Made by a program: the position numbers and the translations under genes. The notes beneath the pieces were generated by a model that was given only the letters and a program-made list of their open reading frames with translations, was not told the origin of the DNA and ran no database searches. A stretch of DNA of 64,000 nucleotides from Felis catus (taxonomy: Eukaryota): assembly GCF_018350175.1 (NCBI RefSeq), contig NC_058368.1, forward strand, positions 179,740,001 through 179,804,000, read 5' to 3'. Of this stretch, positions 11,167-24,445 are shown in pieces; positions within the stretch are counted from its first letter, which is position 1, and every line of letters begins with the position of its first letter.

Positions 11167-13664
11167 AATAAACGTTAAAAATAAAAAAAAAATTTCAAAT
11201 AAAAAAAATAAAAAGAGAGAAATCTGGAGACAAGAAGAAGGATTTTGGGTTTGAACTATGACATTGAGGCTAATTAATTCTTCCAAGCCTCAGTATCTTT
11301 ATCTTTTGAACAGAAATGGTAATGGGAGAATCCACTAGGCCATAAGCAACTTGAGGGCAAGGAATGGATCTTTCTTTTTGTTTTACTTATTTCACTCAGA
11401 AAGTCTAGTGCAGTATGTGCCATGCCACACCATTAGTGGTCAATGCCTATCTGAGAGAATGCAGGCTGCCGCCTTGCTGAGTTGCAGCTACCTGTGGAGA
11501 TGCTGTGTGTGAAAGCCCTTTGCCTGCTTCTTTTTGCTGCTGTTAGGGAAAGAGGAAGGGTAAAGAAAGGAAAGTGATAGGAAGGGGACCTCAGAGAATA
11601 AGGAAGGAAGGAAAAGGACAGCAGGCTGAAGCAGGGAGGGCTCCAGGTTTGGAGGAGGCCTGCCTTTTATCGCACACTAGGTCTGTGGTTTCCGAAAGCT
11701 TGGCCATTTGACTGATCTGAGTCTCAGGCTTCTCATCTGAAAGATGGGAGTAAAAACATTCACTTTACTAGTAGTGTGTATCTTAGGAGAAACACATTTG
11801 TGGAGGCAGCCCCCAGAGGTCCTTGGGTGCAGTAGGTACAAAATGCTATGAAATCTGAGGGTGGAGAGGAAAAGAGAAGCAAAGAAAATAGGAAGAAGGG
11901 AAATATGCAACGGGAAGCAAAAGGAGAGAAGAGGAGAGGTTTGGATCTTTTGCTTCAAAATACAGCCAGTTCCTGCTGCTTCTGACCAGTACGGGTTGGC
12001 CTTGGACCTGAGAAGTCCTTGCACTTGGACACCACCTATTGTTGAACCCTGTATTTTTAAACCTGAGGTGATTCGAGCGAAGCAGTGGACAGTTGTGGTC
12101 AGGAGTGGGTTATCTATGCACAGGTTGCAGTTGCTATGGAGGAAGCAAGATGAAGGGAGGACCCCAGACTATGCTCCTAGAAAGTTCAGTGAGGTTTCCT
12201 GGCATTCTGCACCTTGCACATAGATCCTGCCTGAGCTGGAGGCCGTGATTATCAGTTGTCCCAGCAAGTCAAGCAACAAACTGGCTGTGTGGACAAAGAG
12301 ACATGGCCCGAGAAAAATACACCTGGGAAGTACTGTTATTTGTTTTAAATAACTTTTAATATTTTTATGACAATTTCATTATTAATAATTAATAATTAAG
12401 GAAGGCACTCAACCTGAAAATTTTGGAAAATGTAGAAAAGAATACCTAAACTCATCACTAGCTAATCCACCATGGACTTTTCGCTGTACATTTCTTCATA
12501 TGTGTACATGTGCACCTTGCTTTTGGGTGAGAGCATATTTTTTATTATCCTCTAAGGACTTAGATAGGTTTCCCAAGACCCATCCATTCAATATTATTTC
12601 TTTGAGTATATATGAAGTCCTGAACTAGATTCTGATTAACTTTTCTACAGTCTGAAGTCAAAAAGAATAGTCTTGGGAAATGTTGTTAATTGCAACATTC
12701 TCTAATTTATTCTAGAATTTCCAAAGACTAGAATTTCTTCCAGGCATTGAGTTATAATATGTTCCCTATTTCTGTTAACCTCTCAAGACAAATTTCTTCT
12801 GCCCTCTCTCTTCACTTAGAGTAAGTAAGAGAGCAGGAAAAACCCGATTTTGACTATTTTATTTTTCTGGGTGTGTTCTATAAAAGAGAGTTTTAGTAAG
12901 CTAGAGAGAGGGGTAGGGGAATAAAAAGGAGAATGTAGGAAAGGAAGGAGGAAGGAGAGAGAGAACGCAAAGCTGGTAGAAGAAGGCAGGAAGCGAGGTG
13001 AAGGGGAATCTGTGGTGATACCTTCTTCTGCTGTGGGACTTGCATAGTCCTTTGTCCAGCTGATAACTTATGGCATGTCCGTCATTTGCCAGCCCTATGT
13101 AATAATCACAGCCTCCTGAACAAACCCTAGCCCTAATATATGCTCTCTTTGATCTCTCTGAAGTCTGAAAAAGACTCCCAATCCCCTTGACCTTTGAATA
13201 ACACTCTTCATAAACTATTGGGGAAATTCAATTTATCTTCTTTCCTGTAATCCCCTTGCAACTCCCTGTGGCCAAGGTCAAACCAACCCAGCACCAGGAC
13301 CAGTGCCAGGTCTGTTCTCTTCTGAATGAAAACTTCCCTGAGGGTTCTGACCTTGTTGGTGGGCCTTCTGCAGGGAACTCTTAGCCAGAGCACAAGGGGA
13401 CTCCACTTTGTTCAGCAACCTTCCTGGGATATCTCTCACCACACTGCAGATTCTCAAAGAGCAGGGTGGAGTCACCTTCCTACCTGAAGATGCCTGTGCC
13501 TTTCCCTTTGCCACTCTGATGGGGATTTGTTGTAGGAAAGCCCACAGAGACTAAATGGATAGAGCAATGGATCCATCCAGAGAGAGGGAGGGAAGATTGC
13601 ATCTTATGGTAGGTAATTGACTAGTTGACTCTTTCACTCAAGAAATTTCTATAGAAAGAAAAAA

Positions 13665-13806
13665 GATACATATGTGAGGGTATGGGGGTGTTGATTAACT
13701 GGATGGAGGAGTCCTTTCTCAAGTGTGTTTATCAAATCATCACATTGTACATCTTAAACATCTGACAATTTTATTCATCCATTATATCTTAACAAAGTTG
13801 AAAAAA
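13665..13806 (+). mobile_element. L1M 3' end fragment
   Basis: atgtgagggtatggg..tatcaaatcatcacattgtacatcttaaac..caattttatt..ttatatcttaacaaagttgaaaaaa. Confidence 0.8.
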
Positions 13807-14213
13807 GTCCTCATGCTTGGGCTGCTGACTGGCTCCTCTGGGTTTGGAACCAAGGTGAGCCTTCTTTAAAGGTGTAAAGGTGAACATTTACACTATCAAG
13901 TGTTCTCTGCAGTGAGGCTGAAACTTCTTCCAGAGGGACTAGACTGTGGCCTTTTCCCTTGATACACACTGTGAGAGTGAGGACCCAACATAGGTCCCCA
14001 GAGCTCTCTGGGTCCAGAGACACCATGGGGATAAGCTAGCTGCTGGGAAGACAGAGGGTGTTCTCTGGAAATGTCACTGTTGACCTCTTAATCACCATCC
14101 CATGATTGGATTAATTAGGCTGAGAGCTCGGCAGATTGAGCTGTTCTCACACAGGGAGTGGTTTCATAATGCATGAAACCCATCGCAGGCCAATGGTCAA
14201 GAAGGAGAGTTGG

Positions 14214-14440
14214 GGGGTGCCTGGTGACTCAGTCAGTTAAGCTTCCAACTCCATTTGGATTCAGGTCATGATCTCATGGTTTGTGAGTTCAAGCCCCGCG
14301 TTGGGCTCTGCACTGACAGCTGGGAACCTGCTTGGGATTCTCGCTCTCCCCTCTCTCTTTTTGCTCCTCCCACCATGCACACTCACTTGAGCTGTGCACT
14401 CTCTCTCTCAAAATAAATAAGCAAACTTAAAAAAAAAAAA
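14214..14440 (+). mobile_element. CAN-SINE (older feliform subfamily)
   Basis: ggggtgcctggtgactcagtcagttaag..gaacctgcttgggattctc.. A tail; degraded TSD aagaaggagagtt / aaggaagagagtc. Confidence 0.95.
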
Positions 14441-15365
14441 GGAAGAGAGTCAGATATAAGCATAACACGTCACTAAGAGGCTCTACTTATGGTCAGGTCA
14501 TGATTCATCACCTGGAAATGATTGGTTGTCTTCTCTTTGTTCTGATTTTGGACCGGACACTTTGAGATGTTGGTTGGTTTAACATTTTAATCATCTTTTC
14601 TCATTCCACGAGGAAATCTGAAGTAACTGTGATTTGGCTAGGAGAGGGAGGGAGGAAGGGATCGGCTGATGCCAGGATTTTTATGTTATTTTTCTTGAAC
14701 GAACTACAATAATCACATACTTGAGGAATAAGGTCTCTGCATCAGGGGTGAGTGAGGACCTGGAATTTTCCCTGTTGGTGTGTTTTTGGTGCTGCTTATG
14801 TATGTATGTTTAAATCCTGGGAAATAATACAAGCTGTGTCCTAAAATTTTGTGAGGCTGAACACATTTTGTTAAGAAATTCTCCCTCCCCAAACTCCAAA
14901 GCAAGGAAAGTTGTTTGCTTAAATTTTAGCTGTGTAGAGTGGGCTATATGAATGCTTTCTTTGCAGAACCCCCTCAGTTCTGTGAAGGGTTGCCTGAGCT
15001 TGGTGCTTGCCCAGAATAGTCCAGGCAGAAGCACAGGGCAGACTTGGCTTCTTATATACAGACAGAACAATGGAGGAAAAAATTATCAATGACAGTACTC
15101 TCTTCAGAGTTCCCATTGCCCTTCATGCAAAGCCCTACATGATCTGGCTCTTTCCTGCCTCTTGGATCTCATCTAGCACTTTCTTTAGCCATGCTAATCT
15201 GCTTTGGACCAAAACAGATTGGTCTACTTGGACCAGCCAAGCTGGTCCTCATCTGCCTTCCCATTGACTCTTCCCTGCCTTGGCCATTCTCATTCCACAT
15301 GCAGGTCTAAAGCAACCCCACCCCCACCCCCCAAAAGTGAGGCAGGCTCTGCCTTCTTTGGCATT

Positions 15366-15538
15366 TAGAGCCTTGCTACTAAGTGTGGTGCAGGGACCAG
15401 CAGCATCAGTATCACTTGGGAGGTTGTCAGAAACACAAAGTCTTAGGCCCCACTCAGACGTTCTGAATCAGAATCTGCATTTGTAACAAGATCCCCAGAG
15501 GATTCCATTCACGTGCAAGTGTGAGAAGCCCTGAGTTA
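15366..15538. mobile_element. hAT-Charlie MITE (MER5A1-like)
   Basis: ctactaagtgtggtgcagggaccagcagcatcagtatcacttggga..ctgaatcagaatctgcatttgtaacaagatcccca..tgagaagccctg. Confidence 0.85.
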
Positions 15539-16079
15539 GAACTCCAGCTTGAATGTCACACCTCCCTGTCCCCTTGGAGACCTTCTCTGAGCATCCAGTT
15601 CCCCAACCAGAATCCCCCCCCACACACACACACACTGCTAACCATCACTTCTCTCCTGCCTTGTCCTAGCTTGCTTTCTGCAGAGTACTTATTAGAATGT
15701 GACATTTCTATTTTACTTTCAGTGTGTCTGTGTGTCTGGAGCCTCTGAAGTTTCAGTAGGACCATGGAAATTATCTTATTTGCTTACCTGAGTGCTCCCA
15801 GGGCCTAGACCAATATCTGATGCGTAACCAGAGTAGAACTCTGGGGACCCATCCCACATTGGGCCCTCACTCTCGTGGTTTGTAACAAGGCTAAGGGAAA
15901 GGCCGCAGTCTGGTGCCTCTGGAAGAATTTTCAGCCTCACCACAGGGAACACTTGACAGTGTTAATGTTCCCCCTTAAAGAAGGCTCACCTCAGTTCCAA
16001 ACCAAGAAGAGCCAGAGTCAGCAGCCCCAAGCATAATGACTTTAATTCAGAATTCCATACTTCAGCCAAACTCCTTAGG

Positions 16080-16310
16080 AGGTGGTAGAGGACAGGGTGA
16101 CCCTGAAGACCTCAGCAAAGTTACTTATCTCTCCGACATTCTACTTCCTCAACTGTAAAATTGGATTACTGATCATATGTACTTTTGAGGGTATGTTTTA
16201 GGAGTAAATGAGTTATTATATAAAGAAAAAAACCTTTGAGACAATGTCTGGAATGTGGAAATACTGAATAGATGCTAGCTATTAGTAGTAGTATTACTGT
16301 TACTGTTATT
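16080..16310 (+). mobile_element. MIR
   Basis: aagttacttatctctcc..ttcctcaactgtaaaattggatta..gtaaatgagtta..tgctagctattag. Confidence 0.7.
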
Positions 16311-16324
16311 ACTTGTGTCATTTG

Positions 16325-16860
16325 GTGTATTACTCAGAATTCCTAGTCTCAAGCTATAAAATCAGACTTAGCTGATTTGAGTAGAAAAGGAGCTCATTAA
16401 AAATGATATTGGGTGGCCTACAGAATTTCCCAGAGAGATGGGAAATGAGACCTGGAAACCACCCAGACAGGAACAACACCCCAGATCACCCTTGAGTGTG
16501 ACACTGCTGCCCAACTGCTGCCCACCCTGGGCTGTGGATGTGGGTGGTACGTACCACTGCCCACTCCAGCCACTGCTACCCCAGAACTCCATCTTGCCCA
16601 GCCTCTGAAAATGAATCTTCCAAATCCCCGTTTCTTCAAGGAACACACTCCTCATTCACTTGTGGATGACCTCTGTCTGATCAGCAGAGCCTCGATGACA
16701 TGTCCCTATAATTACTGCAAGGGAGTCCAGGAAGCAAATATCTGCCCATTGTCTGGTTCTCTTGTAGAAGGGGGCTTTGCCTCCCAGTAAGACTCAAAAT
16801 AAGGAGAATTCCTCAAGTGTTGGAAGAAGGATGGGCTTGGGCATGGTTGTGACCATCATG
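16325..16860. mobile_element. MaLR solo LTR (MLT1K-like)
   Basis: actgcaagggagtccaggaagcaaatatctg..ggctttgcctcccagtaagactcaaaataaggagaattcctcaa. Confidence 0.65.
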
Positions 16861-17689
16861 TATATAGGCCTCAGCCCCCCACCCCTTTTGATGTGCTGAT
16901 GCTTCTGGAAGTACAGGAGAACTAGGAGATACAGCTCCCAAGGAGAAGGCAAGGGACCTGAGAGGCTGGGGGAGGGGAGGCTGCAGTGTAAGAAAAGGAG
17001 CTTTAGAATAAAAGCTTAATAGGATGTGAAGGATCAGGTCTGAGGGTAAATTTCCATTGTTTACATGCCCCCTGCACTGCATGAACATTTACCAATAAAT
17101 AGTAAATGAATGTGCTGTAATTACTGGATGAGCCCTCTGGCCACCTGGAGCCACCACTGTGCTGGAGGTACGCTGGGGTCTGCCGTGGGGGTTGGCAGTG
17201 TTTTAGCAAGAGGCGGGTCCCTTCACTAGAGCAGTTTGGGCTGCTTGCAGTGAGCCCTGCGGAGAAGCAAGAGGGAAGATGTTGGAGGCTGAGAATGGCC
17301 AGAGGCAACAGGAAGAGCATCCAGACACTCACACTGGGGTAGGGCACAGTGTTGCTTAAGACATTATTCTGGCCAGTGACCCAGCCTCATAGGTGATCTG
17401 GCGTGAGTTTTATCTTCCCTGGCTGGACTCCCACTGCTCTGTGCTGACCCCTGCCCAGCTGGAGTCTAGAAACATCCCTAACCCTCTCCCTGGAGGGCTA
17501 CGTCAGGATGAAACCTCTACAGACAGGCTAGACCTAGCGTGATTTCTCTGCTTGATCCACCTGAGAGTCTTGAGCTCTGAATAATAAGTCACCTCTTCAT
17601 TTGTACTCACCTTTCATCACAGTCCCCTTAGAGCTGGAGAGACCTGATGTGAATAATGGAAGAGTTGATTTTATACAGAGCCATACATG

Positions 17690-17860
17690 CCTTAAGTCAT
17701 TTGCTCCTTTCAACCCCTTGAGGAAGGGCTAGCAGATATTTATATACCTCATGTGATAGATGAGGGAGACACCTGGGGTTCAGGAGGCTTATCGGAGTTA
17801 AAGTCACACAGCAGTAAGTAGAGACTCAGGTCTCTTATCTCCTAGTCCAGTGCCAACACA
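17690..17860 (-). mobile_element. MIR
   Basis: catttgctcctttcaaccccttgagg..tagatgaggga..aagtcacacagcagtaagtagagactcagg. Confidence 0.65.
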
Positions 17861-18011
17861 CCTTGTGTGGAGACACATCAGTGCAGGAGATAGGAGAACA
17901 TTGTCCTTGAGAGCCTTGGGACCAGACTCAGCCGAGGTTGCTGTAAAGGTTAAAGAACAGTTAGCATGGAGCAGCCAAATGACAGCACTCAATAATGCTC
18001 TTATTCTGCAT

Positions 18012-18238
18012 TTTTTTAATTAAAAAAATTTTTTTAACGTTTATTTATTTTTGAGAGAGAGAGAGACAGAGCATGAGCAGGGGAGGGGCAGAGAGAGAGG
18101 GAAACACAGAATCCGAAGCAGGCTCCAGGCTCTGAGCCATCAGCACAGAGCCCGACATGGGGCTCGAACTCACAGACCATGAGATCATGACCTGAGCCGA
18201 AGTTGGACGCTTAACCGACTGAGCCACCCAGGTGCCCC
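18012..18238 (-). mobile_element. SINEC_Fc-type CAN-SINE
   Basis: full-length reverse complement; TSD tcttattct(g/t)cat at 17999-18011 and 18239-18251. Confidence 0.97.
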
Positions 18239-19399
18239 TCTTATTCTTCATGTTTATTGTTATTATCTGCTGTTTTCTGGCACACGCCCAGTTGTCTGCA
18301 CCCCCGGCACCACCACACCTCCATACTGCAGAAAGTCCCCTCTATCTTGATCCAGTACTTCCATGTGGGGGCCATCTTCCTCTCCCTCTCACCAGTTTCT
18401 GGAATCTGGAGGTAGTAATTCTCATACCTGTTAATAAATGACTCTGTTTTTGCTCTTTGGGGATCAAAAGTGAGCTATTGTTCTAGTCCCAACTCAAGCC
18501 AACTTAGATACAAGAAACATCAAAGGGAGCTTTTGTTACCTTCTAGCATTTCCCTATGACATTCTGAGAGCCCTACACCTGTTATTTCCCCCTTTTTCCT
18601 CTAAACACAGTGACCCAACACCCCTCCTCTACCTGCCCCATCCACCATTCCACTAGCTCACACCAGGAATGGAGAAGGCAAGAATAGCTATTTCCTGAGC
18701 AGGAGGCCAAGTCAGTCGTAGTGGTAACTCAAGAACACATAGCCCGTGCAGTGGAAAGAGACAAGGCAGGCAATTTCCATTCCAGTGGCAACCCTGGAGT
18801 CTAGCTCACCCCCAGCTGTGATTCCCAGTCACAGGGATACTGTAGAAACCCCTTCTAACCTGGAGGCTCATGTTAGGGGAAAATGGAGAGCACCGAGTAT
18901 TCTAAAGGCATGGGGATTTATCAGAGGACTGAGCCTACAGAATATGTCTAGAATGAGAAAAATCCCTCCTCTGATGCCTTTTTCTAGGATAGCCATTTGT
19001 CACTCTGCATGCCCTCTACCCAGTAATCAGTGTCTTATGGACTACCTTTCTAGCAAAGGCTCCTTCTCCTTCCTTATGTTACACAAAAGAAGAGTTTAAT
19101 TAAACTCTGGGTTTCTCCTGCTGCTACTTCACAGAGCAGTGAAATATAGCTGGAGGTATTAGATTGTGCAAGAATGATTATATCTGTTGTCTCTGCTTAT
19201 AAGGAAGAAGAAAACGAGCATAATCCCTGGTTTTGTGTCAGCTACATGGGCTCCCCATCGGTGCTGAAACGAACATACACCTTCTGCGAGATTAAGTGTA
19301 CTAAAGACTTTTTGACCATGATAGCCATGTATATCAAGAACTACCCATGTGACATCACTGATAATAAGCACCATCTCAAGACCCATTTCATATCAGCCT

Positions 19400-19570
19400 C
19401 ACAATTACCTTACCTGTAACACTTACCTAAGTGCTCTTAGAAGTAGCACTTTACAGATGGGGAACTGAGGCTTATGGAGGTTAAATAGCTTGCGCAAGGA
19501 CACACAACTAGCCAGGATTCAAACCTCGTGTGCTGGCTACAAAGCCCAAGTGTCTAATTGCTAAACATTT
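19400..19570 (-). mobile_element. MIR
   Basis: ttttacagatggggaactgaggcttatggaggttaaatagcttgcgcaaggacacacaacta..ggattcaaacc. Confidence 0.8.
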
Positions 19571-20479
19571 TTCCTCTTATGGAAGCAGGTTGATGATGAG
19601 TGGCTCAGCAGCATGGTAGCCTAAAAAATATGTAAGGGCAGTTTGAAAGTGGGGACATCAGGCTTTTTTTTTTTTCTTTTTCTTTGGAGGAAAAGATATG
19701 GAGAAAGTCCAGGCACATGTTGGTGGACATAACACAATGGCATTCAGGCGATGGCATTGGGAACTCAGGTGATGAATCTGGCCTTTGCATCTTTAAATAC
19801 CTCAGAAGGTCAGATTAGCACAGAAACCCTGAAGCTGAACCAAATACTTGGTCTTCCCAGTTGGCAAACATTAGCTGGTTGAAATACTTCCTGATGGAAA
19901 TACCGATAACACGCTGACAAAAGTTCAGACTTGTTTCTAAAGGTCATCTCAACCAATGGAGCAATTAGTTCAAGTTTGCCTTTTGCTTTTCCCTGGCGAG
20001 AGTTTTAGCCGAAACCTCAAATTTTAGTCCTCCTTGCAACATATGGTCAGTGGCGGGAGACAGCCTGAAAATGTACCTCATACAGAACGTACAGTGATCA
20101 AAGTTTCTCTTCTTCTGGGCCAGAAGCAGAGTTACACATTCCGACAGGGTCGCAGAAACAGACAGCAGCCTCTCCAAGGGAAATCTCTTTCCTGGGATGT
20201 TCCCTGAAACCCAGAGACATCCAGTGCCCTCTTGCACATAGCGTCTGAATACTGCAAGCCCACAGTACCACTGTGTGGAAACCCCCTAGAGCCTCCTGTC
20301 CCCTCTGCATTACCTACCATCTTCAGCGTGGAATCTGCTTCAACTTTCATCTTACCTGCATCTCTTTTCCCTTCCTTTTCTTTTCCCACTGCCCTTTTGC
20401 ACATCCTGTAACCTTCTGCCTAGCCTGTTACAGCTACCCTGTCTTCATCCCACCTTTCTGTGTCTCCTCCATATGCAGG

Positions 20480-20940
20480 TGGAGGGACCTTTCTAAGACC
20501 CCCATCTGACCTTGACTTAATCCTGCTTGAAATCTTTCAGAATTCCCCACTGCTCTCAGAATAAAGCCCAAATTTTTCTCTGGACTTGACACGTCCCTAT
20601 TTGCTTCTCTGATCTCCTGTGTTGCATACTCTTCACATACTTTTTTCCCTTTCACTCTGTCTGCCTCCCTTGACTCTTGCCAAACCCCGGATACCCCATG
20701 CTCTCTTACACATTTGTATGCTGTATTGCCTCCACCTGTAATCATCTTAACTACTCACCGAGTATGCGAAGTGGAAGTTGGACATCTTCTCCCAGGCAAC
20801 CAAGCCTTCTGGGACCACTCCTACAAGTCAGAGTTCCTCAGGGACCCAGGGCAGGGGCCCTCTCTCTGCAGTGAATTGCATAGCACCTGGTACACAGTCA
20901 GTGCTGCAAGCCACCAGTAGAACAGATGAGGACTGAATAC
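20480..20940 (+). mobile_element. L2 fragment
   Basis: cctgcttgaaatctttcagaattccccactgctctcagaataaagcccaaa..; 3' end tagcacctggtacacagtcagtgct. Confidence 0.6.
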
Positions 20941-23049
20941 ACCTTCGACATCGCTGCTCAGTCTGCTGACTCTGGTCCTAAAGTGACTCTAATGGCAAAT
21001 CTGCCTAGAGCTGTCTGGGACCCTCCATGGTATTTCCTCTTCATGTGCCTCACCTGCCAGCCGTATGTGACTCTTCTGCTCCTTGTTATATGAGAGCATC
21101 AAGAAGTCTGTCCCCGGCTGTGATAGGTGGCCTCTGGAATTGGGCTTGCATTCATTTCCAGTGTCTGACACTGAGGATTTCCATGCCTCCTGATACGTAC
21201 CTCCTCTGTCAATCAGGGGCGGTGGTTATAACTCTTTCTAAGGGTGGTTGTGAGGATTCCTTGATGTAATTTGCATAAAGCATATTTGGGTCTGGCTAGT
21301 CAGTCAAAAGGTCGCTGCTCTTCTTGCTGTTTCCTATCTGTGCCTTCTACTCCATTGTAGCAGAGTTTATGCTGTCCACTTATTTCTCCTGTATGTTGTA
21401 GATGCTAAAAACAAACCCAGCAAACTTATTAATTGAGACTGAATTGGCCCTGAGCTACTGAAGGTAACCTTTCTTTATGGGATCATAAAGAAAGGATTGT
21501 GCACTCTTTTTTTGAAACTTTTAAAATTTGCATGTTTCATAGGACTTTCCCCCTAGTAACAGGGTAGAAGCACTATGGTAACTCTTCCCCAGCTGGGTGG
21601 GCTGTGAGTGTGCTGTATGGACATGCATGTGCTAGTTGTGCTCTGACACAGTCCCCTCACTTGCCTGTCTCATCAGACACCTAGCTGCCTGGACCTCATT
21701 GCTTTAGACCTTTAGAGACTTGCGTTTGCTGCACAAGGGGCATCCTAAGAAGCAGTCTTGAAACTTGCCAGGGCAATAGCCTTTCAAAGGGTATTGTCGG
21801 AACATTGTTATTTTGAAACTCCCAGAAGAAATTCCTTCCAGCTTTTGGTTGTCAGAAAGGACTTTATTTCTGTAGAGGAGATTGCTATGTTTTGAACGTT
21901 TGTATCTCCCTTTACTTTGGCCACTGGGAAGCTCAGAGTATAACTCACAGTCAGCTTTATATAGGTCCGTCTGGTGCTCAACACTGTCTTCTGACTTTAC
22001 CTGAGGCTGCATCTTGGTGCCTTACCTTAGTTTCCTTTTACTTTAGTCTCTTTACCTCAGCACCTAGCTCAGTTCTGGGCCCATCGTAATTAATTACTAA
22101 CCATATTCTGTTTTCCAAAGTCTACTACCAATAGACTACTCTTTGTACTTTTTTCTATGAAAATATACATATGGGACTTCATTGGAAAATGGCAAGATAT
22201 AAATGAAGAAACCTTGTTATTGACATTTTTTTCCTCTCTCCCTTGCTTTTTTCCTCCCTCATTGTCTCTCTTCTTAAAACATAGTGAGAGTTCCCTTAAA
22301 GTAGGATTTATTGTACTTTTACAGCCGAACAGGGAATATTCCTTACCAGCTTGACTGGTGGAAAATTTCCAAGCTGCACAGTTCACTAGTTTATATTACC
22401 TAATAGAGAGATAAATAAGCCATGATTCTTCTTAAGGACTGGCTTTTAATTAGATTTTTAATGGATCCTCTTTGACTTTCCCAAGCATAAGTACTGCTGT
22501 ATTAGTTCATTATTGTGATTAAAAGCGGCTAATAATGATCATAACTAAATAATTTTCCTCAAGTGTTCCAGCCCGGTTTACTGCCCTGTGTGTTCACATG
22601 AGCTGGCCTAAGCCTATCTCTTTTTCTATGCAGTGCACAACAGAGCCACTGTTTTGTGTTGGAGGCAGGAAGCCTGCAGACACAGGAATGTGCAGGGGAC
22701 AGAGAGCGTGGTCTCTCAGAGCCATGTCTTTGTGTTTTATGGAGTGCTGCTCAAAACGCCCTCCACCACATTCCTCTGACATCAGAGGCCCCTAACAAAC
22801 TTAACCCAACTGGAATATTTCCCCAGGACTCTAGTTAGGATGTAAGTTGGGAGGCCCAACCAGATAGAGGTGTGTGTGAGTTTGCAAATGGCTACTATGA
22901 GGCTCAGCCGCCATATTGGCCATGGGGCTGAGAATTAAAACTCAAGGCCTCCTCCCGCTGCCTGCCAGCTCTTCTACCTGAGAAGTGTAGACATGAATGA
23001 ATTGTCCCTGTATGTGGAGTAGGGAGCCCCCTGGCCTATGTGGGGTAAT

Positions 23050-23740
23050 TAGTTTTCATTCTTCATATGTATTAAACAAAGACATAGTCATTGTGGAAAA
23101 TTTTGAAAACTCCTAGAAGGGACAGAATAATGATCACTAGTTCTTGTACTATTAATATTGCATGTTTGTTCTTGCCTTTTACAAAGCGTATATTTATCTC
23201 TATGTTTTTTTTTTCAGAAATGGCATCATGTTGTTGCCTTAGCAATATATCATGGCCATTTTCCCATGTCATTAAATCATCTTCTATAAAAATTATTGTT
23301 TAAGATCTGTAAAGTATGTCATTACATAGATATATCATAATTTAGTAATCTGTGACTATTGTTGGACATTTGAACTATTTTTAAGACTTATATTATTATA
23401 AGCAGCTCTGCTATTAATATCCTTTTAGAAATATATTTGAACACTACCATGATTTCTTCCTTGGGTAAAAATTTTAGATGCCAGTCAAAGGGAGTGGAGA
23501 ATTTTTTATGGTTTTGCTAATGTTCTCCAACATGGAGAATTATCATTTTTATGATTAATATTCTTTTCTAAGTTCCAAGGCACAGAGAATGGTGGTTGAT
23601 TTAATTTAAGCTTTTGTCCTTCCATACAAGTCAGATTGAACTTTTTTTCACGCATGTGTTGGCTATTTGAATTTATTTTGTGGATTGCTTCTTCTTATCC
23701 TTTACCTATTCTGTGTTATGATGTTAATTTTGGTATAATT
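23050..23740 (-). mobile_element. Old L1 (L1ME-like) fragment
   Basis: AT-rich; tatatcataatttag..tattgttggacatttgaactatttt..ctgctattaatatccttt..gatttcttccttgggtaaa. Confidence 0.7.
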
Positions 23741-23979
23741 ACCATTTAAGGGATTCAGAGTGTCCTAATTTACCAAAAAGTAAAGTAACTCACTGGCTAT
23801 ATCACTTCATGCTTAAGGCCAGGATAGGATCAACTCTGGGTTTGGGATTGGGAAAACATGATACCACTGCAGTCACGTCCAGGAAAGTATAAGCACCAAA
23901 TTACAAACCACCCAAAGATATTTGTAAATGCTATTGCCAGGTGATATTTGTATTATTATAGTTATACCACGTCTTAGTC

Positions 23980-24176
23980 CAGCCGACCTCTGCCATTTAC
24001 TTGCTTTGTGAACTTGGGCCAAGGTCACTTCACCCCTCTGAGCCTGTTTCCTCGTTTGTCAAATGGGATGATGGCATTTATCTCACAGTTTTCTTTGGAA
24101 GCAAATGTGCTAAACCTTATAAAACACAGTGCCTAGCACAAAGATGGCAGTCATGAAAAACACTATTATTATCATT
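23980..24176 (+). mobile_element. MIR
   Basis: ctctgccatttacttgctttgtgaacttgggc..tcacttcacccctctgagcctgtttcctcgtttgtcaaatggg. Confidence 0.8.
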
Positions 24177-24227
24177 TAAATGACTGTGCAGAATGATGTC
24201 CGATTTTCTGTTGAAACATGTCACTTT

Positions 24228-24445
24228 AAAAAAAATTTTTTTTAATGTTTATTTATTTTTGAGAGAGACAGAGACAGAATGCAAGTGGGTTAGGGGCAGA
24301 GAGAAAGACACACACAGAACCCGAAGCAGTCTCCAGGCTCTGAGCTGTCAGCACAGAGCCCAATGCAGGGCTTGAACTCACGAGCTGTGAGATCATGACC
24401 TGAGCCAAAGTTGGATGCTTAACCAACTGAGCCACCAGGTGCCCC
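24228..24445 (-). mobile_element. SINEC_Fc-type CAN-SINE
   Basis: perfect 15-bp TSD gaaacatgtcacttt at 24213-24227 and 24446-24460. Confidence 0.97.

Noticed and set aside
19404..19428. Minus-strand donor-like motifs (cttacctg, acttacct); others at 15783, 17604, 42199
   Set aside because: Isolated donors occur on both strands by chance and I found no convincing paired acceptor. This background also limits confidence in the + strand candidates.
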